Positions 50,290-60,337 are shown, numbered from the stretch's first letter. The stretch: 64,000 nt of DNA from a virus (IMGVR_UViG_3300028888_000051:163384-227383), one strand, 5' to 3'. The notes: generated by a model from the letters alone, not told the origin. A program made the numbers and translations.

Positions 50290-50967
50290 ATGGATTTTAA
50301 AGATACTCCTAAGATTTGGGTTGAAGATACAAATGAAAATGAAATATATGATAATACAACTCAACTTATGCCAATAGAAGAGACTATTCCTTTGCCCACT
50401 ATTCAAGAACAGCATGATATGTTAGCAGAAAGTACATTATCTGAAGAAGATAAGGGAATTTTAGGTGGTATAATTGAGGTTAATAAAGTTTGTCAATTGT
50501 TAGACCAAATTAAAATGGCTGAAACCGCTGATAAACGTCAAGCAGTATTAAATGTATATGCTGAAAATTTTATAATGTCTCATTTACGTAATAATATAAG
50601 AGCAGAAACACTTAAAGATAAATTATTACAAAGATTAGCAGATCATATTGATGATTTAGATTTAGAATTAACTTCTAGAATTTTCTTAGATCTACAACAA
50701 ACTATGGCTCCAGATGTTGCAATTATGAATGCTCGTTCACAAGGAGACAGTGGTATGAATGCTGCAATGGGTAATGGACCGAGTATTAATTTAACAGTTA
50801 ATAATGCAACTACTGAAGGTGCTAGTATAACTAATAATACATTAGCTGTAAATAATAATCCACAACAATTAAAAGACGTTACATCATTAAATTATGCTAT
50901 GAAAAATATGCAAAAAATTCAAATGCCTAGACAAAAATCTGAGCTTATAATAAATCAAAATGAATAA
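50290..50967 (+). CDS. hypothetical protein (225 aa)
   Basis: ORF; AGTTCTATAATATAG motif upstream. Confidence 0.5.
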   Translation: MDFKDTPKIWVEDTNENEIYDNTTQLMPIEETIPLPTIQEQHDMLAESTLSEEDKGILGGIIEVNKVCQLLDQIKMAETADKRQAVLNVYAENFIMSHLRNNIRAETLKDKLLQRLADHIDDLDLELTSRIFLDLQQTMAPDVAIMNARSQGDSGMNAAMGNGPSINLTVNNATTEGASITNNTLAVNNNPQQLKDVTSLNYAMKNMQKIQMPRQKSELIINQNE

Positions 50968-50991
50968 ATTTGTTAACGAAAGGAAAATATT

Positions 50992-51210
50992 ATGTATGAA
51001 AAATTAATAGATCTTAAAGATAATTTTTTATTTTGTATTGCAACTACATTTGTTGGAATTTTAATTATGATAATAGCTAGTGTTATTATAATTATAACAC
51101 TTCCAATGTATTATTTATTTTGGATAAATCCAGTATTTGAAATTTATCAAAATTTAATTTGGAAAATATATGATATATTATTTCAAATTGGATCAGATGA
51201 TGAAATTTAA
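50992..51210 (+). CDS. small membrane protein (72 aa)
   Basis: TM segments. Confidence 0.4.
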   Translation: MYEKLIDLKDNFLFCIATTFVGILIMIIASVIIIITLPMYYLFWINPVFEIYQNLIWKIYDILFQIGSDDEI

Positions 51211-54200
51211 ATTAAGTCTTGCAATTCTTCAGAAGATTGATCTATAAAATTTGAATAATCATTTACTTTTTCTTTTATTTGATTAGAAGAAATATATTCA
51301 TATTGCGGAAAATCTGAATAATTAAGCTGTGCATTATATATAAAACCAACAATTACATCAGCTAAATCTTTTAATTCAGTAGTTCGAGTTACTTTTCCTC
51401 TATCAAAAACAAGAGCCGATAATTCTTTTCTGAGTTTTGGACATATTCCTACTTTTACCTGTCCTAATTCCATTAAAGTAGATGCATTAACATAAGGTTC
51501 AAGTTTTATATCGACTGAAACTTTATTTACTACTTCGAAACATCCCGATTTAGCTAAATTTTGTTGAAAAATTTCTCCATTCCATTGATCGCTTGATACT
51601 GTATGAATTAGCATATTACGTTCAATTACTAAATTTATTAAAAAAGTTTCTATTGCATGTATATCTATTTTATTTCTTGCATTCACAGCTATAAGTAAAT
51701 CAACTACATATATTGTTTCATTTTCTTTTTTATTTTCATTATAACGCCATTCTTTATGACCAATACATATACCAGCATCACATTGTCCAGAATCACCACC
51801 TCCTGCTAAATCTACATGACAATAACGTTTTGCAAAAGGAGCTCTTTTAAATATCCATCTACCATCTGTTAATTGTTCCCATAAATTATATTCATCTAGT
51901 AAAGCTAATATATCATTATTATCACTTATATCAGCTTTAATATTAAATTCTGGAGGCAATTCAGCATCTTCAATTTTTGATATATCTTTAAAGACTGTAC
52001 TGTTATCTACAGTTGTCATTCCTGCAATATCTTGAATAGACTGATCTAATTGTAATTCAAATTTTTCTTTATATACAGTTGGAACATTTATTACTTCACA
52101 TCCAATGGGTGGTATATAATTTCCATCTTCTAAAGCTTTCAATTCACCAGGATCGGTAAATATTTTAGAAGGAATTGAGCCATTACCAACAAGAACAGGA
52201 AATGTAGAGCCATCACCTAAAAACTCAGGATCTTCTTTAACTTCCCAAAGCCGAGGCATAAGAATAAGAATAGATGGATCATTTTTTGGCAATCGACGTA
52301 TGTATTCACCAATAGGACTATTTGTTGTACGAGCTGATGATACAACTGACTGAAATACTAAAGGACTTCCTTGAAAACGTGAACTAAAACGATTATCAAC
52401 TGAATTAAGAAGTGCCAAAGCTTCATCTACACCTTTTTCATTGATCTCATCCATAAAGCTATTTACTATATTCAAACCTATAGTATGAGTTATACCTGAA
52501 CCAGATGTAATAATAATATTGTCTGGAAAATATATCGTGCCTGTCGATTTTTCCACATTAAATGGTATTGGACAATGTGGATCCGATAAATCAAAATTTT
52601 CAAAAGATTGCATTCGCATAACTCTTTGAAAACACGGCATTGTTTCCATAAGTTTAACAAATGGTAATAAATTTGTTTCATAAACTTGTTTTAAAGTCAT
52701 AGAAATAATAACATTTGCTATTGTTGCATCACTATCTATATTAAATACTGCTCTAGGATAACGTAAACATAATATACGATATAAAACATATAAAAAAGCT
52801 TTACGAGCAATTGTTGACTTACCACAATTATGTGCAATTATACCAGCCTTTAAAGCAAAATTATGATTTTTTTCTGTAGTTATATCATAAACTTGTTGTT
52901 TACCTATATATTCTATAGAAATTATTTTATGATTGTATATTTTTTTACGCTTGTAATTTTCTTTAGCCCCTAAAGTAGGATCATACCAAGGCTCTCTTGT
53001 ATGAATAAATGCTAATAATTCAATGTATTTTTGATTTTCTTTTCCATGGAATCTTGCAATAGTAGCTAATACTTGTTTAGCCAATATAATTGCTTTTTCT
53101 TCAGGACTTTTGTTGGCTTTTAAATTACGCATATTTTCAGCCATTTTTTTAGAAATATTTCTAGCCTTTTCTGTTTTATTTCTTTCTATTAAAGTTTTAC
53201 TTGCTCTTTGTCTATATTCTTCACTATGTGGACCATTCCAACCGGCAAGCGAAGCTTTTCTTTGGTGTTCTGAATCTTGATGTAGTTTATTCCATCCAAT
53301 TTTTCTTTTTGCTTCTATCTCTTCATAATCTAAGCGAGCTTTATAGGTAATATGACTTTTTATTCCTTTTTGTCTTCTGTATTCTTTAAATTCATCACCT
53401 CTAATTGAAGCATTATATTCTTTCCATCTTCTACCTCCAACTTTAGCGTGATATTCCCAATGATATTTGTGAGGTATAATAGCTAAATTTTGAGGTCTAT
53501 CATCTAATTTATTAAAATTTTTATGGTGAACAACTTGTCCAGTTTTATATAAAGTTTTCCATTTACCTACTATTTGATATCTTTTTTCCCATTTTTCAGT
53601 AGTATTATTTTTTATTTGAATATATCCTTTATCACTAATTTTTGAATAATAAGGCATCATAGATTCACCAGATTTTAATCCAGTATCTATACTTTTCCAT
53701 TTATTTTTTCTTGTTAAAAATCTATGATCTGATGTACATTTAATTATTTCACCATTGTCTAAAGTTATTTTATACACATCTTTTATACCACTACAAAATA
53801 CATTAATTATCTTATCTGGTTCCCAAGTTTTATTAAATGTATTAAATGATAATACCCATTCATTATTATAATTATTAAGTAATTCATAAATTGTTTTATT
53901 ACCATTTAAAGTAGCTACTATCGTATCACCGGTTAAGCAACCAATACTTCCACCAAATATAGTTTTTCTTACTGGTGAGCCTTCCCTAAACATATATTCA
54001 AGTTGTTGTCGCCAATAAGGATATAATGTAGCATTACTATTATACATATAAAATTTACCAGATAAAAATTCTTCAATATTAGGCATAGGTCGTCTATATA
54101 AAAGATTATCAATTTGATCTGTTAAATCAGAATCCTGATTTGTTAATGTCAAATATAAAGCAATACGTTTTTGTATTTCTTGTTGCTTTTTAAATTCATC

Positions 54201-54344
54201 TGGCATATAATGCTCTTCATAATATGCTAAAATGTCTATAAAATCTTGTGACATAATAACATTTTGAAGTTCATTTGCATTATTAAATGAAACTATTGGA
54301 AGATTTTCTAATTTTTTTGCAATATCAGTAGGAAGTTGTTCCAT
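51207..54344 (-). CDS. terminase large subunit (T4 gp17-like) interrupted by an intein in the Walker A P-loop; extein about 674 aa
   Basis: extein junction restores GGSIG|CGKST Walker A; C-terminal nuclease motifs CHVDLAGGGDSGQCDAG; intein blocks CLTGDTIV ... VYDITTEKNHNFALKAGIIAHN|C. Confidence 0.85.
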   Translation of the reverse strand: MEQLPTDIAKKLENLPIVSFNNANELQNVIMSQDFIDILAYYEEHYMPDEFKKQQEIQKRIALYLTLTNQDSDLTDQIDNLLYRRPMPNIEEFLSGKFYMYNSNATLYPYWRQQLEYMFREGSPVRKTIFGGSIGCLTGDTIVATLNGNKTIYELLNNYNNEWVLSFNTFNKTWEPDKIINVFCSGIKDVYKITLDNGEIIKCTSDHRFLTRKNKWKSIDTGLKSGESMMPYYSKISDKGYIQIKNNTTEKWEKRYQIVGKWKTLYKTGQVVHHKNFNKLDDRPQNLAIIPHKYHWEYHAKVGGRRWKEYNASIRGDEFKEYRRQKGIKSHITYKARLDYEEIEAKRKIGWNKLHQDSEHQRKASLAGWNGPHSEEYRQRASKTLIERNKTEKARNISKKMAENMRNLKANKSPEEKAIILAKQVLATIARFHGKENQKYIELLAFIHTREPWYDPTLGAKENYKRKKIYNHKIISIEYIGKQQVYDITTEKNHNFALKAGIIAHNCGKSTIARKAFLYVLYRILCLRYPRAVFNIDSDATIANVIISMTLKQVYETNLLPFVKLMETMPCFQRVMRMQSFENFDLSDPHCPIPFNVEKSTGTIYFPDNIIITSGSGITHTIGLNIVNSFMDEINEKGVDEALALLNSVDNRFSSRFQGSPLVFQSVVSSARTTNSPIGEYIRRLPKNDPSILILMPRLWEVKEDPEFLGDGSTFPVLVGNGSIPSKIFTDPGELKALEDGNYIPPIGCEVINVPTVYKEKFELQLDQSIQDIAGMTTVDNSTVFKDISKIEDAELPPEFNIKADISDNNDILALLDEYNLWEQLTDGRWIFKRAPFAKRYCHVDLAGGGDSGQCDAGICIGHKEWRYNENKKENETIYVVDLLIAVNARNKIDIHAIETFLINLVIERNMLIHTVSSDQWNGEIFQQNLAKSGCFEVVNKVSVDIKLEPYVNASTLMELGQVKVGICPKLRKELSALVFDRGKVTRTTELKDLADVIVGFIYNAQLNYSDFPQYEYISSNQIKEKVNDYSNFIDQSSEELQDLI
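52827..53939 (-). mobile_element. intein (371 aa) with HNH homing endonuclease domain, inserted in TerL P-loop
   Basis: N-terminal Cys codon TGC at 53937-53939, block B TSDHRFLT, HNH VVHHKNFNKLDDRPQNLAIIPHKYHWEYH, terminal HN followed by +1 Cys (TGT 52824-52826); boundaries verified by codon counting. Confidence 0.85.
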
Positions 54345-54376
54345 TAATGTAATTATCCCTCTAAACTTTTTTAGAT

Positions 54377-54427
54377 ATTATATAGAACATAATCAAAAGT
54401 AAATATATAAAGTTCTATTTAAAATAG
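54377..54427. promoter_or_regulatory. divergent promoter-like region between terminase (minus) and tail-tube (plus) genes with GTTCTA motif on each strand
   Basis: TATAGAAC (54381-54388, minus-strand GTTCTATA) and AGTTCTATTTAAAATAG (54411-54427). Confidence 0.5.
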
Positions 54428-54526
54428 AAAAGTATTAACAGAAAAAAGAACTTAAAATAGCATTGTTCTAATTTATAAAGAATTAATCCCCTATTAAGAC
54501 ATTATATTTATAAGGAATAATAACAC

Positions 54527-55084
54527 ATGTTAAAGCCATTAAGTGCCGTTAGAAATCTTAAAGACCCATTAAAACAATTTGTATGTAACTTTAGTTTAGC
54601 ATTTCCGGCAAATAGCCCATTAAATCAATATATTGATACAGAAGATCTTATTTTACGTGCAACTAGTTATGGTTTACCAGGTTTTAAAGCTGATGAAACA
54701 GTAGTTACTTGGTCTGGTTTTGAAAGACATTATGGTGGTAAACAAACACGTCAAGGTAGTTGGCAATGTACAATTGTTGAAGTATGGGATGCTCGTATTA
54801 CAGAAATATTTAAACAATGGTTTAATGCATACCATCGTTATAAAGAAGGTACAATCGCATTATTAGAATCATATACAGGTACAGTTAATTTAGCATTAGT
54901 TGATCCTGATGTATATGATCCAAAACCAGATGGAATTGGTAAATATGATTTACGTTTATATGACGTATTTCCTGTATCTTGTGATATGCCAACTATTGAC
55001 GCTTCTAGTTCAGAGACTATTAATATTAATATTAATTTGAATTACAACTACTTCTTAGCAGGCAGTGAAATAGATGGTCAATAA
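54527..55084 (+). CDS. tail tube protein, T4 gp19-like (tentative)
   Basis: ATSYGLPGF...TWSGFERHYGGKQTRQGSWQCTIVEVWDARITEIFKQWF resembles gp19 ATALPAG...VGFMNRKINVAGDRTFDDWTVTVMNDEAHDARQKFVDWQ. Confidence 0.45.
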   Translation: MLKPLSAVRNLKDPLKQFVCNFSLAFPANSPLNQYIDTEDLILRATSYGLPGFKADETVVTWSGFERHYGGKQTRQGSWQCTIVEVWDARITEIFKQWFNAYHRYKEGTIALLESYTGTVNLALVDPDVYDPKPDGIGKYDLRLYDVFPVSCDMPTIDASSSETINININLNYNYFLAGSEIDGQ

Positions 55085-55114
55085 TTAGACTTTTACATTT
55101 TGTTATTCTTTTTG

Positions 55115-55146
55115 AGGGACTTGAAATATAGTCCCTTATTTATTTT
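55115..55146 (+). terminator. rho-independent terminator after tube-like gene
   Basis: AGGGACT tgaaatat AGTCCCT followed by TATTTATTTTT. Confidence 0.6.
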
Positions 55147-55217
55147 TACGGTTTTACATTTTTTATATTTAGTTCTATTATATATAAAGTTTAAATTAAT
55201 ATTGATAAAGTGAGAAT

Positions 55218-57167
55218 ATGAAAAATATTTGTAAAAATTGCGGCAAAGAATATGAATTTGAACCAAAGCATGGAACCTATAAATTTAAGTATTGTTCTCA
55301 AGAATGTAAACATGCCTTTGCGAAAAAAGATGAAGAACCACAATATAGGATTTGTGAATATTGTGGTAAAGAATATTGGTGGAGTAATTCGTTTAAAAAT
55401 TATAAAGAATATGTACATATAGATACAAAACGTTTTTGTTCTGCTGAGTGTAGTAAAAATTATAAAAAAGAAAAAATTAAACAAACATGTTTAAAAAAAT
55501 ATGGTGTTGAATATATTTCACAAACTGCAGATGTTAAAGAAAAAATGAAAAATGCATGGAAAAATAAATCAGAAAAAGAATTAAAATTGCGTCAAGAAAG
55601 TAGAAAGCAAACTAATTTAAAAAAATATGGTGTTGAACATGTATCTAAATTATCTGAAATTAAAGAAAAAGTAAAGCAAACAAATTTAAAAAAATTTGGT
55701 GCTGAATTTTATACACAAACAGATGAATATAAAGAAAAATATAAACAAACCAATCTTAAAAAGTATGGTGTAGAGCATTGTTCACAAGTACCAAAAATAG
55801 CAGAAAAAATAAAAAATAGTCTATTAAATAAATCTAAAGAAGAATGGGTTAAAATTATAGATAAGAGAAAGCATACTAATTTAGAGAAGTATGGTACAGA
55901 AAGTGCTTCTCAGAATAATGATATAAAACAAAAAGTAAAACAAACTAATTTAAAAAAATTTGGAAACGAAATAGCAATTCAATCAGATATTATACAATCT
56001 AAAATTAAACAAAATAATCTTGAAAAATATGGTGTAAAATATAGTATAGCATCTAATGAAGTACAAGAAAAAATTCGTACTACAAATTTGAAAAGATATA
56101 ATTATGAATATCCATTTCAATCTGAAGAATTAAGAAAAATTATGGAAGAAAATAGAAAAAAGACGAATCTTAAAAAATATGGTACAGAAAACATTAGTCA
56201 AGTTAAAGAATTTAAAGAAAAAGCAAAAAATACATGTTTGAAGAAATATGGTGTACCATATAATTGTATGACTGAAAATTGTTTAGAAGTAGGACATAGT
56301 ACTATATCTAAAATAAATTTGGCTTTTAAAAATAAATTAGATAAATTAAATATTCAAAATAAACTAGAATTTCATATTGATAAATGGAGTTATGATTTTT
56401 TATGTAATGATAAGTTTTTAATTGAAATTAATCCTAGCTATACACATAATTCATCTAATACTAAAAAACGATTGGAATTTATGAAGCCAAAAGATAAATA
56501 CTATCATTTTAACAAAACTAAATTAGCTTATGAAAATGGTTATCAGTGTATTCATATATGGGATTGGGATGATAAAGAAAAAATTTTAAATATACTTGTT
56601 GATAAAAAGAAAATATATGCTAGAAAATTAATATTAAAAAATGTATCAAATGAAGAATGTAATGAGTTTTTAAATTCATATCATTTACAAAATACATGTA
56701 AAGGACAAACTATTAGATTAGGTTTATATAAAGATAATGAATTGATACAATTAATGACATTTGGAAAAGCGAGATATACAAAAAATTATGAATATGAATT
56801 ATTAAGATTATGTACAAAAGCAGAATATAAAGTTATCGGAGGAGCAGAAAAATTATTTAAACATTTTTTAATTATATATAATCCAAAATCTATAATTTCT
56901 TATTGTGATAATTCAAAATTTTCAGGAGAAGTATACAAAAGATTAAATATGAATTTGAAAGATTATGGAACACCAAGAAAGCATTGGTATCATATAGAAA
57001 AAAATAAACATATTACAGAAGCACTTTTACTTCAAAGAGGTTATTCACAATTACACGGTGATAAAGAACATATAAAAGGTGAAAATAATGAAAAACTGAT
57101 GTTAGAAGCAGGATATGTAGAAATATATGATTCTGGTCAAAGTACATATGTTTGGCATAAAAACTAA
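55218..57167 (+). CDS. homing-endonuclease-like protein: N-terminal Cys4 zinc ribbons, about 10 tandem NUMOD3-like 23-aa repeats, C-terminal Vsr/DUF559-like nuclease domain
   Basis: CKNCG...CSQEC and CEYCG...CSAEC; repeats TNLKKYGVEHVSKLSEIKEKVKQ; C-terminal YDFLCNDKFLIEINPSYTHN ... NGYQCIHIWDWDD matches vDF...IE.DG..H...Gw.vlRf pattern. Confidence 0.55.
   Translation: MKNICKNCGKEYEFEPKHGTYKFKYCSQECKHAFAKKDEEPQYRICEYCGKEYWWSNSFKNYKEYVHIDTKRFCSAECSKNYKKEKIKQTCLKKYGVEYISQTADVKEKMKNAWKNKSEKELKLRQESRKQTNLKKYGVEHVSKLSEIKEKVKQTNLKKFGAEFYTQTDEYKEKYKQTNLKKYGVEHCSQVPKIAEKIKNSLLNKSKEEWVKIIDKRKHTNLEKYGTESASQNNDIKQKVKQTNLKKFGNEIAIQSDIIQSKIKQNNLEKYGVKYSIASNEVQEKIRTTNLKRYNYEYPFQSEELRKIMEENRKKTNLKKYGTENISQVKEFKEKAKNTCLKKYGVPYNCMTENCLEVGHSTISKINLAFKNKLDKLNIQNKLEFHIDKWSYDFLCNDKFLIEINPSYTHNSSNTKKRLEFMKPKDKYYHFNKTKLAYENGYQCIHIWDWDDKEKILNILVDKKKIYARKLILKNVSNEECNEFLNSYHLQNTCKGQTIRLGLYKDNELIQLMTFGKARYTKNYEYELLRLCTKAEYKVIGGAEKLFKHFLIIYNPKSIISYCDNSKFSGEVYKRLNMNLKDYGTPRKHWYHIEKNKHITEALLLQRGYSQLHGDKEHIKGENNEKLMLEAGYVEIYDSGQSTYVWHKN
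55482..56274 (+). repeat. in-frame tandem coding repeats (about 69-bp units, about 10 copies, some with insertions)
   Basis: protein-level repeats TNLKKYGVE..SQ..EIKEKVKQ read from translation. Confidence 0.7.
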
Positions 57168-57232
57168 AAGGTTTTACATTTCTATATAAATGATATATAT
57201 TTAATTAAGTATTAAATAGTGGCAAATATAAT

Positions 57233-57601
57233 ATGAATAGAATATATAATCTTGTACGTGATGATTTTAATTTAAATGATAGTAGTATTTTGTGTAGGCA
57301 AAGTACTTTATTTTGTATCTTAGAAGAAATAGCTACTAATGATTATTTTTCTGCTAAAGAATTTTTTATTAAACCTCAGGATGGTTATTATGGAAGTCGT
57401 GTCACATTAAGAAGAGAATCATGGGGTTATAAAATAGCAATAAAGCATAGTACTTTACCAGAAGATCCAACACAAACGTATAGACTTTATATGACTAGAA
57501 AAGAAATCGTAGAATTATATACATATTTTAAGTTATTTAATTTAAAAGTTATTAATCTTATTAATCATATTCATATTAATACTAGAGAGGCATATTTTTA
57601 A
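57233..57601 (+). CDS. hypothetical protein (122 aa)
   Basis: ORF; TTCTATATAAATG motif upstream. Confidence 0.45.
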   Translation: MNRIYNLVRDDFNLNDSSILCRQSTLFCILEEIATNDYFSAKEFFIKPQDGYYGSRVTLRRESWGYKIAIKHSTLPEDPTQTYRLYMTRKEIVELYTYFKLFNLKVINLINHIHINTREAYF

Positions 57602-58440
57602 TGAAAAATTTAAGAGAAATTGCTAATGATATAGCTGATAATCTAGGCATTTTAAGACCGACAGATAAACTTTTAAACAAAAATAGTTTATGGTATGATG
57701 TTTTATATAATACTTTAAAAACTTTAAATAAAGAATTTTCTGAAGAACTTGAATATTCTGAAACTATTGTTTTTGATAGTGAAACTTTTGAAGAAAAATG
57801 TATATTAGAAAAAGAAACAGATTATCCAGTTTTTGATGAATATTTATGTTTTTTATGTGGAATATATTTTTATTTACGTTATACAGCTCAGCCTTATGCT
57901 AAAGCTTGGGCTGAATATAATAATGAATTAGAAAAAAGAAAAGGTCCAAAAAAGCTTTGCTTGCAAGAAAATCATCTCTATAAGCATGGTACTAAACTTT
58001 ATTATGTTTCAGAATGGACATCTGGTAATGAAAAGGAGCTTGATGTTGAGGTATTTGAACAATGTAAGAAACCAAATGAAAATATTTATGAAGATACATT
58101 GTTTGATGATGATGTACAAATTAAAAGTGTTGAAGATTTTGAAAAATATATTGGAGACAGAAAGCTTGTTGATTTAGGTTTACTTGAAAATACAGTATAT
58201 AAATTCAAAGAGGTTCCAGGATTTGGACGTTGTACAAATAAAGTGCTTGTATATACATGTAGTTATGATAAAGATGATCTATGGAGAGCAAAATTAGAAA
58301 AACAAGAAATGCTTGAAATATTAGAAAAATGTAAACCTTTAATTACATCATATATTCAAGAGCTTTATTCAAAAAATGATGTGAATTATAAAGATTGGGA
58401 AAACGTACTTAAGGAGATAAATAAATGGATAAAAAAATAA
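57601..58440 (+). CDS. hypothetical protein (279 aa)
   Basis: ORF, TAATG overlap. Confidence 0.5.
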   Translation: MKNLREIANDIADNLGILRPTDKLLNKNSLWYDVLYNTLKTLNKEFSEELEYSETIVFDSETFEEKCILEKETDYPVFDEYLCFLCGIYFYLRYTAQPYAKAWAEYNNELEKRKGPKKLCLQENHLYKHGTKLYYVSEWTSGNEKELDVEVFEQCKKPNENIYEDTLFDDDVQIKSVEDFEKYIGDRKLVDLGLLENTVYKFKEVPGFGRCTNKVLVYTCSYDKDDLWRAKLEKQEMLEILEKCKPLITSYIQELYSKNDVNYKDWENVLKEINKWIKK

Positions 58441-58856
58441 ATGTATGGATGTCTCCAAAGTGTGGTGAAAATTGTTCAATATCAATTAATAATAGTATAT
58501 TGTTTACATTATATGATCCTAAAGAAATGTTTTTAATTAATTTAGCTAATATAATTGAAATGAAAAATAATAATAAAGAACAAGAAATTAAAGATAATAC
58601 AATAATTACTCTTCAAAATATTAAAGATGATATACAAATAAAATATTGGTTATTAAATGAAGATAACAATATAGCAACAGCTTTTGTTGAAATGGTAATT
58701 AAACAAAAAAATTATAATGAACTTTATGATATGTATAGTTTATTTAAAATGAATAAAAATTATATAAATAAATATATAAATATTATAGAATCTGATAATT
58801 TTAAATATAATGAATTAAGACGGTTATTTCAAAATGGATGTCTTATTTTAAATTGA
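58425..58856 (+). CDS. hypothetical protein (143 aa)
   Basis: ORF. Confidence 0.45.
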   Translation: MDKKINVWMSPKCGENCSISINNSILFTLYDPKEMFLINLANIIEMKNNNKEQEIKDNTIITLQNIKDDIQIKYWLLNEDNNIATAFVEMVIKQKNYNELYDMYSLFKMNKNYINKYINIIESDNFKYNELRRLFQNGCLILN

Positions 58857-58892
58857 GTTCTATGAAAAGTTAGTTAAGTTAAGGGTGATAAA

Positions 58893-59129
58893 ATGACAGA
58901 ACAAGAAGAAATTGAAGAAAAAATTAAACAAACAGCTATTAGAAATAATTTTGATTTATCTGATAATTTACATAAAATTGCTAAAGGTAAATTAATGTTT
59001 TTTGGAACAAAAATGTGGATGAAATGTCCATGTGATCCAGATAGTGATAGAGCTTGTATAAGTAAACATTGTAAACAAGATATTGAAAATGATGGTATTT
59101 GTCATTGTCAGTTATATAAAAAAAGATAA
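58893..59129 (+). CDS. small Cys-rich protein (78 aa)
   Basis: CPCDPDSDRACISKHCKQDIENDGICHCQ; GAGTTCTATG motif upstream. Confidence 0.45.
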   Translation: MTEQEEIEEKIKQTAIRNNFDLSDNLHKIAKGKLMFFGTKMWMKCPCDPDSDRACISKHCKQDIENDGICHCQLYKKR

Positions 59130-59231
59130 CTGATTAGAGTGTTATTTTTTATAAATGGAAAAATAATTCAGTAGAATATTTTTATTACTTTTATTCTATA
59201 TAATACTTTTAATTATAAAAAGGAAATTAAA

Positions 59232-60326
59232 ATGGCTAAAAAAATAGAAAAAAAAGTTCAAAAGGAAAATTCTCGTGTAACTTCAGCATTATCATTACTT
59301 CGTAAAAAATTTGGTGATGATGCAGCAATGACTTTTAATGACATAGGTGTTACAAAAGTAGATGTAATTCCTTCTGGTTCTTTAAAATTAGACAAGATAT
59401 TAGGAATTGGTGGATGGCCACGTGGCAGAGTTACGCTTTTATGGGGTGATTATAGTTCTGGTAAATCAACGATATGTTTACAAGCCGTAGCTAATGCACA
59501 AAAAGAAAATTTAGTTTGTGCTTATGTTGATATGGAACATGCTTTAGATCCTATTTATGCTGAAGCACTAGGTTGTGATATGTCTGAATTAATTTTACTT
59601 CAACCAGATGGTGGTGAACAAGCACTAGAAGCTATTAAATTATTAGCACAAGAAAAAGCAGCTGATTTAATTATTCTTGATTCAATTGTTGCATGTGTAC
59701 CAGCAAGTGAATTAGATGGTGAATTATCTGATATGAATATTGGACGTCAAGCAAAGTTATTTAGTTCATTTTTTAAACAAGTTACTCCAGCACTTGAAAT
59801 AGCAAATTGTGCTTTAATTTGTACAAATCAAGTTCGCCAAGCTCCAGGTAAATATGGAGATGCATCTGTTTTACCTTGTGGAGAAGCTCAAAAATTCTTT
59901 GCTTCTATTATTTGCCGTACTCGTAGACAACAATCTCAAAAAGAAGAAAGTAAAGAAGGTGATATTATTGCAAATCAAATTAGTGTAACTACAGAAAAGA
60001 ATAAATTGGCCCCTCCATTCAGAAAAGCAGAATTAATGATTTATTATGGTAAAGGTTTTTCAGCAGATAATGAAATGTTAGATTTAGCTGTAGAATTTGG
60101 TATATTAACAAAAGCTGGAGCATTTTATAAATATAAAGGAGAAACTATTGGACAAGGATCTGCTAAAACTAAAATTTGGTTAGAAGAACATAAAGATATT
60201 AAAAATAATATAATGGAACAAGTTAAAGAAATTCTTATGAAGCCTAATAATGAAAAAATGATTTTAGAAAAAGAAGCAGAGTCAGAGTTAAATTATGATC
60301 CGGATACAGGTGAAATAATAGAATAA
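59232..60326 (+). CDS. recA: RecA-family recombinase (bacterial RecA-like; functional analogue of T4 UvsX)
   Basis: Walker A GDYSSGKST, LLQPDGGEQALE, ILDSIVA Walker B, CTNQVRQAPG loop-2-like region. Confidence 0.85.
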   Translation: MAKKIEKKVQKENSRVTSALSLLRKKFGDDAAMTFNDIGVTKVDVIPSGSLKLDKILGIGGWPRGRVTLLWGDYSSGKSTICLQAVANAQKENLVCAYVDMEHALDPIYAEALGCDMSELILLQPDGGEQALEAIKLLAQEKAADLIILDSIVACVPASELDGELSDMNIGRQAKLFSSFFKQVTPALEIANCALICTNQVRQAPGKYGDASVLPCGEAQKFFASIICRTRRQQSQKEESKEGDIIANQISVTTEKNKLAPPFRKAELMIYYGKGFSADNEMLDLAVEFGILTKAGAFYKYKGETIGQGSAKTKIWLEEHKDIKNNIMEQVKEILMKPNNEKMILEKEAESELNYDPDTGEIIE

Positions 60327-60337
60327 GGAGAAATAAA

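Noticed and set aside
50290-50967. ORF 50290-50967 as small terminase subunit (gp16-like)
   Set aside because: It is on the opposite strand, convergent with TerL rather than immediately upstream on the same strand. Only vague compositional similarity to gp16.
52490-52681. 63-aa ORF on minus strand
   Set aside because: Lies entirely inside the terminase/intein ORF in another frame, so it is spurious.
13697-54526. Canonical T4 late promoter TATAAATA upstream of virion genes
   Set aside because: Exact TATAAATA was not consistently present upstream of fibre, tube or terminase genes. The recurrent element is instead the GTTCTAWAW motif reported in the findings.
55482-56274. Tandem repeats considered as possible CRISPR array
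   Set aside because: Repeats are in-frame, imperfect, lie within one long ORF and encode a repeated peptide module. There is no repeat-spacer architecture.
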